Assembly: GCA_034431095.1 (NCBI GenBank)
Contig: DAOUDM010000035.1
Coordinates: 844-64,843, forward strand
Reading direction: 5' to 3'
Source of the DNA: Dehalococcoidales bacterium
Lineage (GTDB): Bacteria; Chloroflexota; Dehalococcoidia; Dehalococcoidales; W693
Length of the DNA: 64,000 nt
Positions 28,801 to 37,083 of the stretch are shown here, piece after piece. The position numbers were made by a program, and so were the translations under genes. Below the pieces are notes generated by a model, which worked only from the letters and a program-made list of their open reading frames with translations, ran no database searches and was not told where the DNA came from. Every line of letters begins with the position of its first letter. Position 1 is the stretch's first letter.

Positions 28801-29498
28801 GTGACGACGATACCGAAGCCACTCTGTCAGGCCTTTCTGACAACGAAGACTTCACGGTAATGGTCAGGGTCCCGGCTGGATTCCCGTTCCAGAGCCGCTG
28901 GTCTGCTGAGGTAGACTTCACCACGGTAGAGGCGATTGCAACACCGGTGAATCAGGTTCCGGATAACGGCATGCAGAATGCTCCGATACTGCCTTCGTTT
29001 GGCTGGGAAGCGGTGGATAATGCTGTTAGCTACGAATTTGAGCTGGGCACGGCGCCTGACTTTGCCGGTGCCACCAAGGTGACGACTACTGCCGTCTTCC
29101 TTACCTGGCAGACTGAGCTTGCCTACGACACCAACCACTACTGGCGAGTGAGGGCGGTAAGTGCCACTGGCACCATAAGCGATTGGTGCGCCTCCAACTT
29201 CCACACCATGTTAGAGCCGACAGATCCGATAATAATTGAGCCGGCTCCAACACCGACTATAATCCTGCCGACGCCAACGGTAATCGTTGAGGTTCCAGAA
29301 ATAACTCTGCCAGATATAACTGTGGTTCCACCAGATGTAACCGTGAATCTCCCGACACCGACAATAACCACAGTTACATCGGTTATTGAGATGCCGGAAG
29401 AAGTAACTCCGGTCTATATCTGGGCGATAGTTGCCATTGGTGGAGTACTCACCATAGCGGTGATTGTCCTTATCATCAGGACCAGGAGAGTCGTCTAG
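25899..29498 (+). CDS. Giant secreted BNR/Asp-box repeat surface protein with two C-terminal Fn3-like modules, a Pro/Thr/Ile/Val stalk and a C-terminal TM anchor (cell-surface / S-layer candidate), paralog 1
   Basis: 1199 aa. Signal peptide MKSKISKILGIVLSLALLSSMAIAVAPVSA. Asp-box-like motifs include STDGGYTW, TIDGGDTWNQ, SLTAGDTWG and SINEGDTFAQ. Two Ig/Fn3-like modules follow (ADISWNALLGADNYEYKWW; SFGWEAVDNAVSYEFELG...HYWRVRAV). The stalk is EPAPTPTIILPTPTVIVEVPEITLPDITVVPPDVTVNLPTPTITT. A hydrophobic helix IWAIVAIGGVLTIAVIVLII is then followed by RTRRVV. Confidence 0.85.
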   Translation: MKSKISKILGIVLSLALLSSMAIAVAPVSAAPGVNAWDEITLPVTGINGVDELEIAPNGDMYVSSFTTSDDLPYTGSNYIWWDLYKSTDGGYTWTVTDLDYEKLGGSDSNDSDEITAIAASPDSQTIYVGTYHESGSGEVWKIEDEGAGEPYLIQQPLGNESGEYADYVYDLEVWSDGVDNWLLAACDIDVLVLKDSLFELWRDMEVSNSFDDSGEEGDLSYAFKASFDPEFETSFLLWALISVYQSGTGDDEYILTTTGANSPGQWGSVIEDSDFSGYTSMNDDADYRADFAFASNHTPAAPIIYAALNDGSGYTTGDGNLFLVEFAYVATPATTQWTALLSDRAMSSVEVSGGVILAGALRDNIVFRSINEGDTFAQVTKAPTGGGEVNVYMTDGFDAENGVGFALTRRWAYDESAISKTIDGGDTWNQIAFIDTTIDEILDMTWSPDFPGGSFMLLLTRSYGSHADTISLWRTENALDAKPTWERVLCADDSSFSYANFFMDEDEGHHTSVEWSQDGNTVMLQGDNGNEVIFKSGNNAQTFTFWRTLPSGMDIHDWVVLDGVTLYAATDEGFYGKSAYGPPTHVDTFSDKLNSIALQPGFDASDPANSTIIVGTEDGNIYVSLTAGDTWGVANNVGSGDVYVAFDSWTPGMIYYATSGSTVGTATISGNKLKATSIEDLEDSLDPAMVASSDTGFSGLVVSPERDAANPGNVIYAMADGIGGDAEVIAVPDGVIVTVTGTIQIQGDDNGGTGALDLADNTVTPTITVLAGTFLTDGTDDGTSGSATEALFIIGDDLTFNGTHIVGTIMVEGSESMAIGTIAISVAIGDVTVTGLVVSGETLTPTSSILIYNYASDGGGTMGSDAVDAIDGKMWRMLLQEEDNEWEVAPIDGAEGLWRTNGSNTLWTVVSGDELWALEDTCNGPVMGLTVDDVTETTADISWNALLGADNYEYKWWNDDVERDFTGDDDTEATLSGLSDNEDFTVMVRVPAGFPFQSRWSAEVDFTTVEAIATPVNQVPDNGMQNAPILPSFGWEAVDNAVSYEFELGTAPDFAGATKVTTTAVFLTWQTELAYDTNHYWRVRAVSATGTISDWCASNFHTMLEPTDPIIIEPAPTPTIILPTPTVIVEVPEITLPDITVVPPDVTVNLPTPTITTVTSVIEMPEEVTPVYIWAIVAIGGVLTIAVIVLIIRTRRVV

Positions 29499-29547
29499 TT
29501 AGACAACTGGTTCTGGCGTAGGGGATAACGCCCTACCAAGACTTCAC

Positions 29548-29584
29548 GGGAGCCCCCCGAATTTCGGGGGGCTCCCTCTTTTTT
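29548..29584 (+). terminator. Rho-independent terminator between the two surface-protein genes
   Basis: GGGAGCCCCCC-GAATTTC-GGGGGGCTCCC forms an 11-bp stem (29548-29576), followed by TCTTTTTT. Confidence 0.8.
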
Positions 29585-29641
29585 AGGAAATCCTGTGGTA
29601 GCGTGTTGACTCTCGCTTATAACAGGATTAGAATTTGCCAG

Positions 29642-32600
29642 ATGGCGAAATCAAGGCTCATCATAGCCCTGCTTTTGACCCTTTTCTTGCTTGGCATACC
29701 CTCTGCCACTTCAGTGGTCGGCGCCCCGGATGAAGCCAGGTGGTCTCAGGTGAATATTCCTGCCGGGGGTGAGGTCGGGGGCTGGCTGCTGGCTGAAGGC
29801 TCCGATATCCGACACCTTGCCCTGGCTGCAGACGGCACACTTTACGCCAGTGTTGACGGGCTGGACTATACCCTGTACAAGTCGGAGGATGGCGGCTATA
29901 GCTGGTCACATTGTGGCAGTGTTAGCGATACCATAGTGGATATAGCGGTGGCGGCTGACGATGCCGGCACCATCTACTATGCCACCGAAAGCAATGTCTA
30001 TAAATCCACCGACGCCGGCAGTAGCTTCCAGCCGCTGGCGTCGAACCCGGCTCTAAATGGCAGTGACAACATAGAGATTACGTCTATTGATGTTGCCCGA
30101 TGGGAAGATATCAATATTATCGTTGTTGGCACCAAAGATAATAACGTCAGTGAATACGGCGGCGTCTATATACTGAAAGAGGAGACCTTCCCCCAGTGGT
30201 TCGATACCGATATAGGTGATTTTGACGTCTATGCCGTCGCTTTCTCTCCCGGCTTCAGTGATGACCAGCAGATTGTAGCTGTCGTTACCGATGAGGCTGA
30301 TAGCCTTGTCGTTACCAGAACAGGGAATGCCGGCTGGGGACAGACTGTAGGTGACGCCAGGCTAGATAAAGACAACTCTGGAGCCTCGGTGGCGGTGGGT
30401 ATATCAGCCGATATTGCCTTCCCCGATGGCTATAGCTCGGAACCAGGCAGTGGCTCATATGTCCAGTTTGTAGCGGTCAATGCCGGTGGCGATGGTGGCG
30501 ATGTCTATGCCGTCTATGGCGGGGCGGCGCCGGACGGCTCGGAGGCTATTGACCTCAATATTGGCTCCGGCTACGGCTTGAGCAACATTGATGTTACCAG
30601 CCTGGCTGTCTGTGGCAATGGAGCAAGTGCTGTTCTTCTGGCTGGAGTAGCCGGCGACGGGCAGGTATACCGCAGTCTTGATGGCGGAGATAGCTGGGTA
30701 AGAAGCTCAAAGGAGCCGACGGGTCAATCCGAGACCCGGGTGATTATGGCTCCTGACTTCCCCGGTTGTGGTATCGCTTATGCCGCTACCAGCGGCGCCG
30801 AGAGCGCCCTTTCCATTACCCTGGACGGCGGGGCTACCTGGAATCAGCTCGGTATGATTGATACCAGAATCGATAGCATTATCGACCTGGCATTGTCCCC
30901 CGAATACGGCCAGGATGATACCCTGTTTTTGCTTACCTGGGGTGGCGACTTCAGCCTGTGGCGCAGCCTTGATGGCGGTAGCCTGTGGCAAAGGGTGTTT
31001 TCTAGCGCACTGGATGGCGTTGACAGCGTTGATTTTGTTGAGCTTTCCCCGCAGTACGGCAGTGACGGCCAAGTGGTGTTTCTGGCCGGGAGCGGGGGTG
31101 GTAACCCGGCGATATGGAAATCGGCTGATAACGGGCAGGGCTTTACGCGCCGGGAGGCACCGCTGGCTGTCGACCAGTGGGCGGTGGTTGACAATAACAC
31201 CCTATTTATTGCCGGCCATGACGGCGTTAATGGGCTTATCTGCCAGACGTCTAATAGCGGGTTGAGATACACTTCGGGCACGGTTGCCGGTGACCAGTCC
31301 ATAAGCTCCATAGCCTTATCTCCCGAGTATGACCGGGACGGGACTATCCTGATGGGTAATAGCAATGGCTGGATATACTGCTCCGATGACAACGGCGACT
31401 CGTTTGAGCCACTGCCAGTAGATGCTACCTTACCGCCGCTAACCGGTGGCGTCAGTGTCGCCTTCGACCCCGGGTTTGGCAGTAACAGCACCGTCCATGC
31501 CGCCAGCGATAGCCCGGGTGGAGGCATCTACCGTTTTACTATCGGTGACAGCACTGGCTGGGAGGGTATAGATGATACCTTGCCGCCAGGCGGCATGATT
31601 GGCAGGTTAGCCATATCGGCTGACGGTGTACTATATGCCGCCAACTTCCAGCAGGTAGATACAGGAGATGATGAAGGCGGTATGGAGCGCTGCCTTGAGC
31701 CAAGGTCAGGGGCAGTGTTTGAAACGGTAACCCGTGGGCTTGATGACGGCGCCACCCTGGTCGGTTTGTGGCTCTATGGCAACCAATTGTGGTCGATTGA
31801 TACCACCAACATAAGGCTGATGACCTATTATGATAGCTTAACCCAGCCGGTCAGCCTGGCCTGGCCCAACGACCAGGCACCGGGTATCGGTATGATTACC
31901 AATGGCGTCATCAACGATGCCGGACTTGACTGGGAGACGCTTGATGGCGCTACCAGCTACCAGTGGCAGATTGACGATGACAATAACTTCTCCTCGGTAC
32001 CGGCTGGGTTTGAGGGCAATACTGCGGCAAGCTCGGTTGAGCTGCCGGCGCTTGAGGTGGCTACCACCTACTACTGGCGGGTGCGGGCTATCAAGCCGGT
32101 GTTGAGCCCGTGGTCAGCCAAGTGGTCCTTTACCACCAGCCTTGGTGGGGAGATTGTCGCCCCACGGCTGGAGAGCCCTCTGGCTGGGGCTACCGGGGTG
32201 CCAGTAAGACTAGTATTCCAGTGGAGCGCTGTAGCCGGGGCTGAAAGCTATGAGCTGGTGGTGTCCCTAAGTCTGGATTTCAGTGGGTATGAAATAAGCA
32301 TGGTTGGTGACCATGCCCTGCTCGGTAATGCCTGGCAGTCCGATGTAAGCCTGGGCTACGGCACCGCATACTACTGGAAGGTTAGGGCTGTTAGCCCAAG
32401 TACCAATAGTGCCTGGAGTGCTGTTGGCATTTTCACTACCGAGTTAGAGCCAGCTTCGGAGCCAGAACCAACTGCAGACTCGGAGCCAACTGTGGATTTG
32501 GAGCCGGCTTCGGAATCAGACCCAACCTTGGAGCCAGAACTACCCCTGAATCCGGAACCGAATACGAATATATCTCCTGTGACGCAGGAAATCGTAACAA

Positions 32601-32755
32601 CGATAGTGGTAGAATTACCGCCTTCGCCAACGCCGTTGTCAACCCAACCGACCCCTACCACCCCGGACTGGCTCTACTATACGATAGGCTTTGCCGGCGC
32701 CGTCATTGTGGTGTTGCTGGCCGTCATACTGGTGCTGGTGATAAGACGCCACTAG
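29642..32755 (+). CDS. Giant secreted BNR/Asp-box repeat surface protein, paralog 2 (same architecture as 25899..29498)
   Basis: ORF 29603..32755 trimmed to MAKSRLIIALLLTLFLLGIPSATSVVGAP, which is the signal peptide. Asp-box motifs include SEDGGYSW, STDAGSSF, SLDGGDSW, TLDGGATWNQ, SLDGGSLW, SADNGQGF and SDDNGDSF. Two Fn3-like modules follow (DWETLDGATSYQWQID...YYWRVRAI; FQWSAVAGAESYELVV...YYWKVRAV). The acidic Pro-rich stalk is EPASEPEPTADSEPTVDLEPASESDPTLEPELPLNPEP. The C-terminal TM segment is YYTIGFAGAVIVVLLAVILVLVI, followed by RRH. Confidence 0.85.
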   Translation: MAKSRLIIALLLTLFLLGIPSATSVVGAPDEARWSQVNIPAGGEVGGWLLAEGSDIRHLALAADGTLYASVDGLDYTLYKSEDGGYSWSHCGSVSDTIVDIAVAADDAGTIYYATESNVYKSTDAGSSFQPLASNPALNGSDNIEITSIDVARWEDINIIVVGTKDNNVSEYGGVYILKEETFPQWFDTDIGDFDVYAVAFSPGFSDDQQIVAVVTDEADSLVVTRTGNAGWGQTVGDARLDKDNSGASVAVGISADIAFPDGYSSEPGSGSYVQFVAVNAGGDGGDVYAVYGGAAPDGSEAIDLNIGSGYGLSNIDVTSLAVCGNGASAVLLAGVAGDGQVYRSLDGGDSWVRSSKEPTGQSETRVIMAPDFPGCGIAYAATSGAESALSITLDGGATWNQLGMIDTRIDSIIDLALSPEYGQDDTLFLLTWGGDFSLWRSLDGGSLWQRVFSSALDGVDSVDFVELSPQYGSDGQVVFLAGSGGGNPAIWKSADNGQGFTRREAPLAVDQWAVVDNNTLFIAGHDGVNGLICQTSNSGLRYTSGTVAGDQSISSIALSPEYDRDGTILMGNSNGWIYCSDDNGDSFEPLPVDATLPPLTGGVSVAFDPGFGSNSTVHAASDSPGGGIYRFTIGDSTGWEGIDDTLPPGGMIGRLAISADGVLYAANFQQVDTGDDEGGMERCLEPRSGAVFETVTRGLDDGATLVGLWLYGNQLWSIDTTNIRLMTYYDSLTQPVSLAWPNDQAPGIGMITNGVINDAGLDWETLDGATSYQWQIDDDNNFSSVPAGFEGNTAASSVELPALEVATTYYWRVRAIKPVLSPWSAKWSFTTSLGGEIVAPRLESPLAGATGVPVRLVFQWSAVAGAESYELVVSLSLDFSGYEISMVGDHALLGNAWQSDVSLGYGTAYYWKVRAVSPSTNSAWSAVGIFTTELEPASEPEPTADSEPTVDLEPASESDPTLEPELPLNPEPNTNISPVTQEIVTTIVVELPPSPTPLSTQPTPTTPDWLYYTIGFAGAVIVVLLAVILVLVIRRH

Positions 32756-32796
32756 TCAGAAGGGGGATTGGTTTCTGGTGATGCTTTATAGACTGC

Positions 32797-33429
32797 TTAG
32801 TACTCCAGTAGAGCAACCTGGGTGCTCAGTGGCAGGCTGGACTTGGTCAGGGAGAGCTTGGCCTGGGGGGTTATGTCGTGGGCACCTATCTCTTTGAGAA
32901 AAATCTCCACCGGTTCCAGTTCCCGGTTCAGCGCCTGGGTTTTATAGTGCATAGGCACCACGATATTGGGCTCCAGTTGCCGTACTACCTCGGCGGCTGT
33001 GGTGGCATTGATGGTGGATACCCCACCCACCGGCACCAGCAGAACATCGACCTTGCCCAGCTCTTCTACCTGCTCGTCGGTGAGGGCATGCCCCAGGTCG
33101 CCGAGATGGCAGATAGATATATCGTCTATCTCTATGAGGTAGACAGTGTTTTTGCCCCTCAGATTGCCCTTATCTTTGTCGTGGAAGGTGGCGATGCCGA
33201 TGATAAGGACGTTGCTTATCTCGTACTCGCCGGGCCCGGTGACCTGCCTGGGACTGCCACCGACGCCCTGGATATTCGAGTGTCCCGGGTGCTTATGACT
33301 TACGGTTATAATTTGGGCGGTGGGCTTGCCCGGGGAGTAGCCCAGGTCGGACGAGAATGGGTCGGTGATGACGGTAGCCTGTTTCCCTTTGAGCCGAAAA
33401 CAGGAGTGTCCTAGCCAGCTAATCTCCAT
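32797..33429 (-). CDS. MBL-fold metal-dependent hydrolase (UPF0173-like)
   Basis: 210 aa. MEISWLGHSCFRLKGKQATVITDPF and VSHKHPGHSN match the beta-lactamase-fold hydrolase pattern. Confidence 0.85.
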   Translation of the reverse strand: MEISWLGHSCFRLKGKQATVITDPFSSDLGYSPGKPTAQIITVSHKHPGHSNIQGVGGSPRQVTGPGEYEISNVLIIGIATFHDKDKGNLRGKNTVYLIEIDDISICHLGDLGHALTDEQVEELGKVDVLLVPVGGVSTINATTAAEVVRQLEPNIVVPMHYKTQALNRELEPVEIFLKEIGAHDITPQAKLSLTKSSLPLSTQVALLEY

Positions 33430-33488
33430 AATTATCAGCGTAATTCTATCACGAGCCAGCTTTCAGGGTCAATTCTTTATCAGAACAA

Positions 33489-33825
33489 CCTCACCCCCTT
33501 AATCCCCCTCTCCTTACAAGGAGAGGGGGAGATAGAAGAAAGAGGGGATTTGCCCCTCTTAAACTCCCTTTTACGGGTGATAATCAGGAGATAGAGGGGG
33601 GAGACTATAATGGAGGGACTGCGCCCCTCCAAACCTCCCGCTTTTATAAATGCGAAGCCCCTCTTAGACTCCCATTTAATTATTATGCCAAGTTAAAGAG
33701 TGCCCGAAAAAAGCAAGAGTTATATGATGGATATAAGAACAGGGGAGTATGAGGGGGCGGTAGACCCCTCAAATATAAATTCCCCTTCCCCTTATCAAGG
33801 GGAAGGGGATAAAGGGGATAGGGTT
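33489..33825. repeat. G/C-rich hairpin-module cluster, locus C (largest)
   Basis: It starts with CCTCACCCCCT-TAAT, then CCCCCTCTCC-TTACAA-GGAGAGGGGG (33504-33529). Next are AGAGGGG-ATTTG-CCCCTCT (33541-33559) and GGAGGG-ACTGCGC-CCCTCC plus AAACCTCCCGC (33612-33641). These are followed by GAGGGG-N8-CCCCTC (33751-33770) and TCCCCTTCCCC-N7-GGGGAAGGGGA (33781-33809). The tail is TAAAGGGGATAGGGTT. ORF 33700..33882 is a translation artefact of these repeats. Confidence 0.9.
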
Positions 33826-33946
33826 AATCCGATTAAGAGTAAAGACTGCGATAACAATCGTTATAATTTATCAGCTGGATAATTAGCTTGGTGTGGTGGC
33901 TTATGATAGTGGCAGTTGATTGACATTGTGGTATGATATTCTCGGG

Positions 33947-34681
33947 ATGAGATATGCTTTGATAGCCGATATTCACGCCAACCTGGCCGCTTTTACCGCC
34001 GTGCTTGATGATATCGAGCACCGGGGAGGGGTGGCGGAGTTGTGGTGTCTGGGGGATATCGTCGGCTATGGGCCCGACCCCAGCCAGTGCATTGAGCTTT
34101 TACGTCAGCATAAGCATATCTGTGTCGCCGGCAATCACGACCTGGCCGCTATCGGCAAGCTGGCGCTTGCCGATTTCAATCCCGATGCCGCCGTTGCCTG
34201 CCGCTGGACGGCACAGCAGTTGAGTGCCGAGGACATAGAATATCTCGGCGGTCTGCCCACGGTTATCGAGAGGGATGACTTCACCCTGGTGCACGGTAGC
34301 CCCAGGGAACCGGTGTGGGAATATCTGGTATCCACGGGTAGTGCCCGGGAAAGCTTCGGCTACTTCAAATCGAAGTTCTGCCTGGTGGGGCATTCCCATA
34401 TGCCCCTGATATTCAGACAGGGTGAGGATGGTAGCTGTTCTTTTGTTGCCCTGACGACCGGTATCGGACAGGTGTTGGGCAAGAGCCGGATGATTATCAA
34501 CCCCGGCGGCATCGGACAGCCACGGGACGGCGACCCCAGAGCTAGCTACGCTATATACGATAGCGACTCGAGCGTGGTTCGGCTCTACCGCGTCGCCTAC
34601 GATATTAACGCCACCCAGGTGAGGATGACGAAGCATAACCTGCCGATGCGCCTTGTCGTTCGCCTGGATCACGGAGTGTAA
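33947..34681 (+). CDS. Metallophosphoesterase family protein (YfcE/MJ0936-like)
   Basis: ORF trimmed to MRYALIADIHANLAAF. It has the motifs DIH, GDIVGYG, GNHD and GHSH. Confidence 0.85.
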   Translation: MRYALIADIHANLAAFTAVLDDIEHRGGVAELWCLGDIVGYGPDPSQCIELLRQHKHICVAGNHDLAAIGKLALADFNPDAAVACRWTAQQLSAEDIEYLGGLPTVIERDDFTLVHGSPREPVWEYLVSTGSARESFGYFKSKFCLVGHSHMPLIFRQGEDGSCSFVALTTGIGQVLGKSRMIINPGGIGQPRDGDPRASYAIYDSDSSVVRLYRVAYDINATQVRMTKHNLPMRLVVRLDHGV

Positions 34682-35559
34682 TGGTGCCGGTTAAACATGG
34701 CCGGGGTTATGACAGTGCTCTGCTCAACCAGACGAAGCGACTGCTAAGCCGCCTTGACCTGAAAGCCAAAAAGAGACTGGGGCAGCACTTCCTGGTTGAC
34801 CGGGAGGTGCTGGCAAGGGTGGCTGAAGCCGCCGGGCTTACCTCTAGCGATGTTGTCATAGAAGTAGGCCCCGGGCTTGGTGTGCTGACCGGAGAGCTTG
34901 CCGGGAAGGCAGGTCGGGTGATTGCCGTCGAGCTGGACGACAGGCTGGCTGGCATACTAAAGCAGAGGTTGGCTTCGGCCGGGAATGTAACCATCATCAA
35001 CGGGGATATACTCAGGCTTGAGCCGTCGGCTTTGGTAGGAGATAAGCCTGTGGAATACAAGGTGGTCGCCAACCTGCCTTACTATATCACCTCGGCGGTA
35101 ATCCGCCATTTTCTCGAGGCTTGGCTCAAGCCCCGGCTGATAGTGGTTATGGTGCAGAAGGAGGTGGCTGAGGCTATCGTGGCTGAGCCGGGTCGGATGA
35201 GCCTGCTGAGTGTCAGCGTCCAGTTCTACGGCAAGCCGGAGATAGTGGGCTATGCGCCTGCCTGCTGCTTCTATCCGGCGCCGGAGGTCGATTCGGCCAT
35301 TCTGAGGATTAACGTATATTCCCGGCCGGCGGTGGCGGTTGACGACCGGGATGGCTTTTTCCGGCTGGTGCGGGCTGGCTTTACTTCTTCTCGCAAGCAG
35401 CTGGCTAATTCCCTGGCTCTGGGGCTGGGACTGCCCAAGGCTGAGGTGATGCCTTTACTGGAGACAGCGGGTATAATGTACCAGCGGAGGGCTGAGACCC
35501 TGGCTCTTGAGGAGTGGCAGCGGCTGTGGCAGGTATTGAGGGATAGGCAGAAATGGTAA
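34681..35559 (+). CDS. rsmA: 16S rRNA (adenine1518/1519-N6)-dimethyltransferase
   Basis: 292 aa. KKRLGQHFLVD, VIEVGPGLGVLT and ANLPYYITS are the KsgA/RsmA signatures. Confidence 0.94.
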   Translation: MVPVKHGRGYDSALLNQTKRLLSRLDLKAKKRLGQHFLVDREVLARVAEAAGLTSSDVVIEVGPGLGVLTGELAGKAGRVIAVELDDRLAGILKQRLASAGNVTIINGDILRLEPSALVGDKPVEYKVVANLPYYITSAVIRHFLEAWLKPRLIVVMVQKEVAEAIVAEPGRMSLLSVSVQFYGKPEIVGYAPACCFYPAPEVDSAILRINVYSRPAVAVDDRDGFFRLVRAGFTSSRKQLANSLALGLGLPKAEVMPLLETAGIMYQRRAETLALEEWQRLWQVLRDRQKW

Positions 35560-36419
35560 CGGTTGTGGCGCCGGCCAAGCTGAATCTGACCCTTGAGGTT
35601 CTGGCTAAGCGCAGTGACGGTTTTCACGAAATCCGCAGCGTTATCCAGACGATAAAGCTCTGCGACCGGCTCGACCTCCAGCCGGGTAAGAAGATGGTCT
35701 TCAGGTGCGATGCCCCCGGCTGGCTGTCGGAGGAAAGTCTGGTACCCAGAGCCGCCGCTTTGCTTAAGGAGACCTCAAGCTACGCCGATGGGGCAACTGT
35801 AGAGCTGTCCAAGAAAATCCCACTGTTATCGGGTTTAGCCGGTGATTCAAGCGATGCCGCCGCCGTTCTTATCGGGCTTAACAGGCTCTGGGGGTTGGCG
35901 TATTCGTTGGGGGAGCTGGCACGGTTAGCCTCGCAACTGGGCTCGGATGTCGCCTTTTTCCTCTTCGGTGGTACAGCTCTGACCCAGGGCAGGGGGGAGG
36001 TGGTGAGCCCGCTACCTCCTTTGCCCGGCATGTGGGCTGTCCTGCTGATGCCTGATGTGCCCCGCTCCGCCGGCAAGACGGGGCGTCTGTATGCCAGCCT
36101 GAAGAGAGAACACTATAGCAGTGGACGGGCAACGGAAGAGCTGGTGGCACTGCTGACCAGGGGGGGCGATGTGGCGCCGGATAACCTGTTTAATGCCTTT
36201 GATAGGGTTGCTTATGATATCTTCAAAGGGCTTGATAGCTACCGGGAGCGTTTTTTAGAGGCCGGGGCTGGCAGTGTCCATCTGGCCGGCTCGGGCCCGG
36301 CACTGTTTACCCTGGTCAAGGACAGGGCTCAGGCTGAGAAGGTATATGACAATCTCAAGGGACAGGGGCTGGAAGCCTATCTGGCGGAGACGATGGAGGC
36401 TGTCGACCGCCTGGAATAG
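35553..36419 (+). CDS. ispE: 4-diphosphocytidyl-2-C-methyl-D-erythritol kinase
   Basis: 288 aa. APAKLNLTLEVL N-terminus and the GHMP kinase motif PLLSGLAGDSSDAAA. It overlaps rsmA by 7 nt. Confidence 0.93.
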   Translation: MVTVVAPAKLNLTLEVLAKRSDGFHEIRSVIQTIKLCDRLDLQPGKKMVFRCDAPGWLSEESLVPRAAALLKETSSYADGATVELSKKIPLLSGLAGDSSDAAAVLIGLNRLWGLAYSLGELARLASQLGSDVAFFLFGGTALTQGRGEVVSPLPPLPGMWAVLLMPDVPRSAGKTGRLYASLKREHYSSGRATEELVALLTRGGDVAPDNLFNAFDRVAYDIFKGLDSYRERFLEAGAGSVHLAGSGPALFTLVKDRAQAEKVYDNLKGQGLEAYLAETMEAVDRLE

Positions 36420-36435
36420 ATAACGGAGTTAAGAA

Positions 36436-37065
36436 ATGATAGTAGAGTCGGTGGCGGCAGTTATTTCAGGCTATTTGCTGGGCTCTATCCCCTTTGCCTA
36501 TATAGCCGGTCGCCTGCTGAAGGGGGTGGATATCCGCCAGGTGGGTGGTGGCAATGTCGGCGCCACCAACGTCATGCGGGAGGTGGGCACAGCCGCCGGC
36601 ATCGGTGTCTTTGTTGCCGATGTAGGCAAGGGTACCCTGGCGGTGCTTATTGCCCAGTGGCTCGGCGTTTCTCAGGTAATCGTCTTTGTTACCGGTCTGG
36701 CGGTGGTGGTGGGGCATAACTGGCCTGTATTTCTCAAGTTCAGCGGCGGCAAGGGTGGGGCGACCACCATCGGCGTTTTCTTCGCCCTGGCGCCCGCGCC
36801 GGGTGCCATTAGCTTTGGCATAATGTTGCTGCTTGCCTTCATTACCAGCAACCTCAGGCTGGCGATGGGCATCGGTATCGCCTTTCTGCCCCTTATTATC
36901 TGGGGGTTTGGCGGGGAGGTCAACCTCATAATCTACTCGGTTGCCCTGCCACTATTTACCGGTCTGCGGGCTCTGCCGGCGGTGATACGAAGCCTGAGAA
37001 ACCCGGAAGAGAGGAAGAACTTTATCTTCGATAGGGAGCACAAGCCGTGGCAGAGGAAGAAGTAA
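36436..37065 (+). CDS. plsY: Glycerol-3-phosphate acyltransferase PlsY
   Basis: 209 aa. YLLGSIPFAYIAGRL...GGGNVGATNV...GHNWPVFLKFSGGKGGATT is typical of PlsY. Confidence 0.93.
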   Translation: MIVESVAAVISGYLLGSIPFAYIAGRLLKGVDIRQVGGGNVGATNVMREVGTAAGIGVFVADVGKGTLAVLIAQWLGVSQVIVFVTGLAVVVGHNWPVFLKFSGGKGGATTIGVFFALAPAPGAISFGIMLLLAFITSNLRLAMGIGIAFLPLIIWGFGGEVNLIIYSVALPLFTGLRALPAVIRSLRNPEERKNFIFDREHKPWQRKK

Positions 37066-37083
37066 GTAGAGGGGCAAGGAGAG

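Noticed and set aside
33489-33825. Whether the hairpin clusters are CRISPR arrays.
   Set aside because: The units are heterogeneous in sequence and length, spacing is irregular, there is no constant repeat with unique spacers, and no cas genes are present.
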